Source of the DNA: an uncultured Bacteriovoracaceae bacterium
GTDB taxonomy: Bacteria > Bdellovibrionota > UBA2394
Assembly (NCBI GenBank): GCA_964626465.1
Contig: CAZVFP010000004.1
Span: 159,491 to 223,490 of the forward strand
Reading direction: 5' to 3'
DNA length: 64,000 bases
Under the pieces are notes generated by a model. It did not search any database and was not told where the DNA came from. It worked only from the letters and a program-made list of their open reading frames with translations. Made by a program: the position numbers and the translations under genes. Shown here piece after piece: positions 59,188-64,000 of the stretch (positions are counted from its first letter, which is position 1; every line of letters starts with the position of its first letter).

Positions 59188-59715
59188 ATGGTGTTTAGTT
59201 CAATATTGGCTTGGATTTTTGCGGGGCTCATTTTGTTAACGGCTGGTTTGGTGGCATTGAGACCAAGGCCAATTGAAAGTGCGATGTGGTTGATTCTCAA
59301 TTTCTTTTTGACCGCTGGTCTTTATGTCTTAATTGGAGCGCATTTTGTCGCAGTGATTCAGGTTTTGGTTTATGCCGGCGCGATTATGGTTCTTTTTGTC
59401 TTTGTTATTCTATTGTTGAATCTTGATCCAAAGGAACTTGGGGATGAGTCGGCAATCTCAAAGACGAGTGTCGCGCTATTTTTGGCTTTTCTTACTTTCA
59501 TTCTTCTCTCTTTGAGAGTTGCGACTCCGGGTCTTCTAGAGAAGTTTAAGCCCTTACCAGTCGATACGACTTTTGGAACAGTAGACGGTTTGGCTCAAAA
59601 ACTTTTGACCAGATATTCATTTAGCTTCGAAGTCGCGGGTATCATTCTGTTGCTGGCGATTATCGGAGTGGGAATGCTTGCCTATCGCGCTCAAACTAAG
59701 GGGGCTAAGACATGA
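59188..59715 (+). CDS. nuoJ: NADH-quinone oxidoreductase subunit J
   Basis: 175-aa, ND6-like TM pattern (…VIQVLVYAGAIMVLFVFVI…); 21-nt gap after nuoH leaves no room for nuoI. Confidence 0.8.
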   Translation: MVFSSILAWIFAGLILLTAGLVALRPRPIESAMWLILNFFLTAGLYVLIGAHFVAVIQVLVYAGAIMVLFVFVILLLNLDPKELGDESAISKTSVALFLAFLTFILLSLRVATPGLLEKFKPLPVDTTFGTVDGLAQKLLTRYSFSFEVAGIILLLAIIGVGMLAYRAQTKGAKT

Positions 59716-60017
59716 CCTTTTCACTGGCACAGCTTTTGTTTTTGAGTTTCGGAGTATTTTGTTTGGGGGCTGCAGGTTTTCTCGTGAGAAAAAATGCATT
59801 GAGCATGTTGATCTGCTTAGAGTTGATGTTGAGCGCTGTGAATATCTCGTTGGTTGCGTTCTCTCGCTATCATCAGTCTGAAGGCGGGCATATTCTTTAT
59901 TTCTTGGTCATCACGGTGGCTGCCTGTGAGAGCGCAGTCGGACTCGCTCTGATACTCAATTTCTTTCGTATTAAGAAAAATATTCGAACTGACGCTGCAG
60001 TCGAATTGGAGGGCTGA
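59712..60017 (+). CDS. nuoK: NADH-quinone oxidoreductase subunit K
   Basis: 101 aa; LSMLICLELMLSAVN... is the ND4L signature. Confidence 0.85.
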   Translation: MTFSLAQLLFLSFGVFCLGAAGFLVRKNALSMLICLELMLSAVNISLVAFSRYHQSEGGHILYFLVITVAACESAVGLALILNFFRIKKNIRTDAAVELEG

Positions 60018-60019
60018 CA

Positions 60020-61912
60020 ATGATATCAAACGATACTCTCTGTATGTCGATGATGCTTTTGGCCCCTCTCGTGGGGAGCATGCTTTGGTTTTTATTGGGA
60101 CGAAGGGGGTTGAACAAGCTCGTTGCTGTGGGTTGTGTTCTGACCATTTTCGTCAGCTTTCTTTGCATGCTCAAATTTTTCTTTTCGGATGTGTTGCCGG
60201 TTCACGTGCATCTCTTCGATTGGATTCGCCTGGGGTCTGATTCCACTGTTGGATTTTCATTTGTATTTGATTCTCTTTCTCTTGCTCTAGGACTCGTCGT
60301 GACTGGGGTTGGAACGTTGATCCACCTTTATGCTACGAGCTACATGCATGGTGATGAAAGCTATGGACGATTTTTTAGTTACTTGAATCTTTTCATTTTC
60401 TGCATGCTCATGTTGGTTTTGTCAGACTCTTTGCCAGGTATCTTTCTTGGATGGGAAGGTGTTGGGCTTTGTTCTTACTTGCTGATTAGCTTTTGGTTTT
60501 CTGATGAAGCAAATGCTGAAGCAGGAAAAAAGGCGTTTATTGTGAATCGTGTGGGGGACCTCGGATTTTTGATTGCGATGTTTTCGCTCTTCAAAGTTTT
60601 CGGCACACTCAATATCGCTCAAATTTTGGATCTCGTTCAAAAGGGAGGTTTGACTCCCGATGCGCTTTTTTGGACAAAGGTCGCGTGCTTTGGATTAGTT
60701 TTGGGAGCCACCGGAAAGAGTGCCCAGATTCCTCTTTATGTATGGCTTCCCGATGCGATGGCGGGACCAACGCCAGTGTCGGCGCTGATTCATGCGGCGA
60801 CTATGGTGACCGCGGGCGTGTATTTGGTCTGCCGCTTGCAACCACTCTTCATGCTTCACGGAGGAAGCTTAGAACTTCTGGCGTATTTGGGAGGCTTCAC
60901 AGCTTTCTTCGCGGCGTCTGTCGCGATCTTCCAGAACGATATAAAGAAGGTATTGGCGTATTCCACCATTTCTCAACTTGGCTATATGTTTCTCGCCGCA
61001 AGTTTGATGGCCCCGATCACGGCTTTTTTTCATTTGATGACCCATGCGTTTTTTAAGGCGCTTCTGTTTTTAGGCGCGGGCTCCGTGATTCACGGACTTC
61101 ACCACGAGCAAGATATGACTAAGATGGGGGGCTTGCGAAAACAGATGCCGATTACATTTTGGTGTATGACGATTGGAGTATTGGCGATTGCTGGGGTTCC
61201 TCCGCTTTCTGGTTTTGTGAGTAAGGATGAAATCTTGCATATTGTCTCAGGTTCAGATCGCAAGATATTAATGGTGATGTCCTTTGCGACTGCTTTCATG
61301 ACGGCCTTCTATATGGGGCGTTTATGGGTGATGACTTTCTTTGGAAAATTCCGCGGGCACCACGAAGCTCACGAATCGCCATGGCCTATGACTGTTGTTC
61401 TTGTTGCATTGGCAATACTGTCAGCGTTCGGCGGACTGATCAACTGGCCGGAACTTTGGGGTGGATCTGGGTGGCTTCATCATTATTTAGGTTCTGTCGT
61501 TACTGAGGTGGTTCGAGAAGAAGATGCACATGCCCTCAGCCATTCATTGCAGTTGGCAGCTTTGTCAGTGGGTATTGGATTATCAGGGCTAGGTTTGGCG
61601 TGGTTTCGTTACAGAAATTTTGCAGGAACTGAATTTCAGGCAGAGGGCTTCAATTTATTTAAGAATAAATATTATATCGATGAACTCTATAACCACGTTA
61701 TCGTTCGAAACTTAAAGCAGCTGGGATGGGTTTTATGGAAGGGCGTCGATGGTGTTCTGATTGATGGCTTTCTGAACAATCTCGGACGTGGAACAGTTCA
61801 ATGGTCGGACCGATTGAAAAAACTTCAACGCGGATTGGTTCAGGAATATGCCCTTTGGGTTTGGTTTGGATTTTTTGTTCTTCTTGTAGGGTCGTGGATA
61901 TTGGGTGGTTGA
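60020..61912 (+). CDS. nuoL: NADH-quinone oxidoreductase subunit L
   Basis: 630-aa antiporter-like subunit (ND5) with a long C-terminal region. Confidence 0.9.
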   Translation: MISNDTLCMSMMLLAPLVGSMLWFLLGRRGLNKLVAVGCVLTIFVSFLCMLKFFFSDVLPVHVHLFDWIRLGSDSTVGFSFVFDSLSLALGLVVTGVGTLIHLYATSYMHGDESYGRFFSYLNLFIFCMLMLVLSDSLPGIFLGWEGVGLCSYLLISFWFSDEANAEAGKKAFIVNRVGDLGFLIAMFSLFKVFGTLNIAQILDLVQKGGLTPDALFWTKVACFGLVLGATGKSAQIPLYVWLPDAMAGPTPVSALIHAATMVTAGVYLVCRLQPLFMLHGGSLELLAYLGGFTAFFAASVAIFQNDIKKVLAYSTISQLGYMFLAASLMAPITAFFHLMTHAFFKALLFLGAGSVIHGLHHEQDMTKMGGLRKQMPITFWCMTIGVLAIAGVPPLSGFVSKDEILHIVSGSDRKILMVMSFATAFMTAFYMGRLWVMTFFGKFRGHHEAHESPWPMTVVLVALAILSAFGGLINWPELWGGSGWLHHYLGSVVTEVVREEDAHALSHSLQLAALSVGIGLSGLGLAWFRYRNFAGTEFQAEGFNLFKNKYYIDELYNHVIVRNLKQLGWVLWKGVDGVLIDGFLNNLGRGTVQWSDRLKKLQRGLVQEYALWVWFGFFVLLVGSWILGG

Positions 61913-63392
61913 TATGTTGAATGAGAATTATCTGTTACTTCTTTTTTTGATGCCGATTATCACAACAGTGGTTGTTGCTGTTGCTCGTGGTAAGGCGGCA
62001 CCGTGGATCTCAACCATACTGGCTGGTGCGTATTTTATTTTCGTTCTGCTCGGTCTGCCCGTGAAGGAGTTGAGTTATACGGCCACATGGTTTGGCGATT
62101 TGACCTACGGTCTTTATTTAGATTCCTATAGCTACTATCTGATTTTGCTTTCGGCCTTTCTCACTTTGCTTAGTCTTGTTTTCTCACTTCGCTCCATAAA
62201 AGATAAGGTTGTTGCGTACCACGCTTTATTTCATGCACTTCAGGCAACAGTAGTCGGCAGTCTGCTTTGCGATGATCTGCTTTTTTTCTATGTCTTCTGG
62301 GAGGCCATGCTGATTCCCATGTATTTCATTATTGGGATTTGGGGTGGAGCTCGCCGTCATTATGCGACTCTCAAATTTTTTCTCTATACGTTTGCAGGAT
62401 CACTTTTAATGTTGGTGGGAATGATCGCGCTTTATGTGATCTATTATCGAGCGACTGGAATGTGGACTTTTTCGTTTCAGAACCTTCGTGGATTTCTGCA
62501 ACATAACCCACTGGATCTTGCGACTCAGCAAATTATTTTTGCTGGGTTTCTGCTTTCGTTTGCAATTAAGGTTCCCTTATTTCCATTTCATACATGGCTT
62601 CCAGATGCGCACGTGGAGGCTCCAACAGCGGGATCCGTTATTCTTGCTGGCGTACTTTTGAAAATGGGTACCTACGGGATGATGAGATTTGCTATTCCGC
62701 TTTTTCCAGATGCAGCACAATCGTTTTCAAGTCTGCTTTGTTTGCTGTCGGTGATCGGCATAATTTTGGGTGCTTTGGTGGCGTGGCGACAGACAGATAT
62801 TAAGAAGTTGATTGCTTATAGTTCTGTGAGTCACTTGGGTTTTGTGACCCTCGGAATTTTTATGATGACAGAGGCTGGTTGGAACGGCGCTTATATGCAA
62901 ATGATCAATCACGGAATTTCTACCGGGGCCTTATTTTTGTTAGTCGGATTTATATACGATCAGGCTCACACGCGGGATATTAAGGCGTTTGGTGGAATCG
63001 CAAAAACGCTTCCGTGGTTTACTTTGGCAATGGTGACGGTTTCGCTGAGCTCAATGGGTCTGCCTGGTACCAACGGTTTCGTCGGAGAATTTTTAATTCT
63101 ATTGGGAAGTTTTAAATCTTCGATTGCCTCTCCTGTGTGGGTGGTTCTGGCGGGATCTGGAGTGGTGCTTGGTGCCATCTATATGCTGCATTTGATTCAG
63201 CAGCTTTGCTATGGAAAGCCTCGCACGGACGCAGTTTCACATCTTCACGACTTCGGAAAATGGGAAGCCGTCTTGTTTACTCCGCTTTTGTTTTTAGTAT
63301 TTTTCATTGGACTATTTCCTGAGACATTGTTGGGACCGGTGCGCGAGAAAACTAGTCAAATTCTTTCGTCCATATCTTTTATTGCGAGGTAA
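61905..63392 (+). CDS. nuoM: NADH-quinone oxidoreductase subunit M
   Basis: 495-aa antiporter-like subunit (ND4) motifs (WLPDAHVEAPTAGSVILAGVLLKMG). Confidence 0.9.
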   Translation: MVDMLNENYLLLLFLMPIITTVVVAVARGKAAPWISTILAGAYFIFVLLGLPVKELSYTATWFGDLTYGLYLDSYSYYLILLSAFLTLLSLVFSLRSIKDKVVAYHALFHALQATVVGSLLCDDLLFFYVFWEAMLIPMYFIIGIWGGARRHYATLKFFLYTFAGSLLMLVGMIALYVIYYRATGMWTFSFQNLRGFLQHNPLDLATQQIIFAGFLLSFAIKVPLFPFHTWLPDAHVEAPTAGSVILAGVLLKMGTYGMMRFAIPLFPDAAQSFSSLLCLLSVIGIILGALVAWRQTDIKKLIAYSSVSHLGFVTLGIFMMTEAGWNGAYMQMINHGISTGALFLLVGFIYDQAHTRDIKAFGGIAKTLPWFTLAMVTVSLSSMGLPGTNGFVGEFLILLGSFKSSIASPVWVVLAGSGVVLGAIYMLHLIQQLCYGKPRTDAVSHLHDFGKWEAVLFTPLLFLVFFIGLFPETLLGPVREKTSQILSSISFIAR

Positions 63393-63396
63393 TTAT

Positions 63397-64000
63397 GACG
63401 TCTTTCGATATTCTCAAAGCTGAGACCTTGGCGATTTTGCCGATTGTTGGATGGGCCGTTCTGGGAATTTTTCTGGTTTGTTGGCAAATGATCGCGCCAG
63501 AAAAAAAATCGGCACTTGTCGTTTCAGTCCTTGGGCTACTTTTTTTGGGCGCAGTATCATTCGAGAAAGTTCCAACGAATGAAGTGACAGCCATTTTTTC
63601 TGGGCTAGTGACCTTTGACCAATGGGCATCGACTTTAAATATTGTCGCGTTGGGCATTTTTTTGGTGGTTATTTTGATGCTGTCGTCTGGTTTTTCAGTC
63701 GGGTCCACTTTGTTCAGAAAAAGTTACGAGCAATTTCCAGAGCTTTTGATTTGCTTGGCCTTTTCTGGTTTTGGCTTAGCCGTACTTGTAGCGGCCTCTG
63801 ATTTAAGTACTTTATTTTTGGGTCTCGAAACTTTTTCTATCGGACTTTATTGTGCAGCTGGTTTTTATCGAACCGAGATGAGGTCCACAGAGAGCGGTTT
63901 CAAATATCTCATGATAGGAGCATTTTCGGCCGTACTATTTTTGTTTGGACTTAGCTTTTTGTTCGGTGCCACAGGGCAGACGTCATTTGAAGGAATTCGA
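63397..64000 (+). CDS. nuoN: NADH-quinone oxidoreductase subunit N (5' part; runs off the window)
   Basis: ATG at 63397 (MTSFDILKAETLAILPIVGW...), open to the window end; ND2-like TM pattern; absent from the ORF track because no stop lies within the window. Confidence 0.8.

Noticed and set aside
59166-59188. nuoI hidden between nuoH and nuoJ, or fused to nuoH
   Set aside because: The gap is 21 nt, and nuoH at 358 aa is of normal length with no ferredoxin-like CxxCxxCxxxCP motifs at its C-terminus.
1-64000. CRISPR arrays, IS elements, integrases, rRNA genes
   Set aside because: I saw no regularly spaced short repeats, no transposase or integrase-like ORFs, and no rRNA-like conserved stretches on either strand.

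Overview
Gene-dense (~90% coding), mostly housekeeping chromosomal segment of a Gram-negative aerobic bacterium. Pal/YbgF, outer-membrane proteins, Alternative Complex III with a caa3 oxidase, PhaR and many signal-peptide hypotheticals suggest a Bdellovibrio-like organism; that is inference from gene content only. Gene order: a tRNA-Arg(TCT) with a mazEF-like toxin-antitoxin pair and a cytoplasmic lysozyme-like/membrane-anchored gene pair on its 3' side, probably the edge of an island running off the window; carD-ispD-ispF-gltX-uvrB-uvrC; comEC; pal-ybgF; tsaD-rsmA-smpB-rnhA; rlmI-ogt-folE; a photolyase cluster; the polyphosphate locus ppk1 + SixA-like phosphatase / ppx-LOG; a ~14 kb respiratory supercluster actABCDEF-sco-coxBAC-coxIV(cyt c fusion)-ctaAB; an MFS transporter; gpm; a 725-aa secreted repeat protein; hemB divergent from fused isobutyryl-CoA mutase icmF; coaBC; dksA; phaR; and a nuo cluster with only the seven membrane-arm subunits (nuoA-H-J-K-L-M-N), with nuoN truncated by the window end. 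I found no CRISPR array, IS element, integrase or rRNA. The most interesting items are: (i) the nuo cluster lacking all peripheral-arm genes, (ii) a caa3 subunit IV fused to an extra c-type cytochrome inside the ACIII-oxidase supercluster, (iii) an RNase HI with a C-terminal hybrid-binding (Cauli_VI-like) domain, (iv) a SixA-like phosphohistidine phosphatase translationally coupled to ppk1, (v) the pal terminator overlapping the ybgF start codon, (vi) the tRNA-Arg-associated mazEF plus lysozyme-like/TM pair. All calls rest on motif recognition by eye in the supplied translations; no database search was possible.
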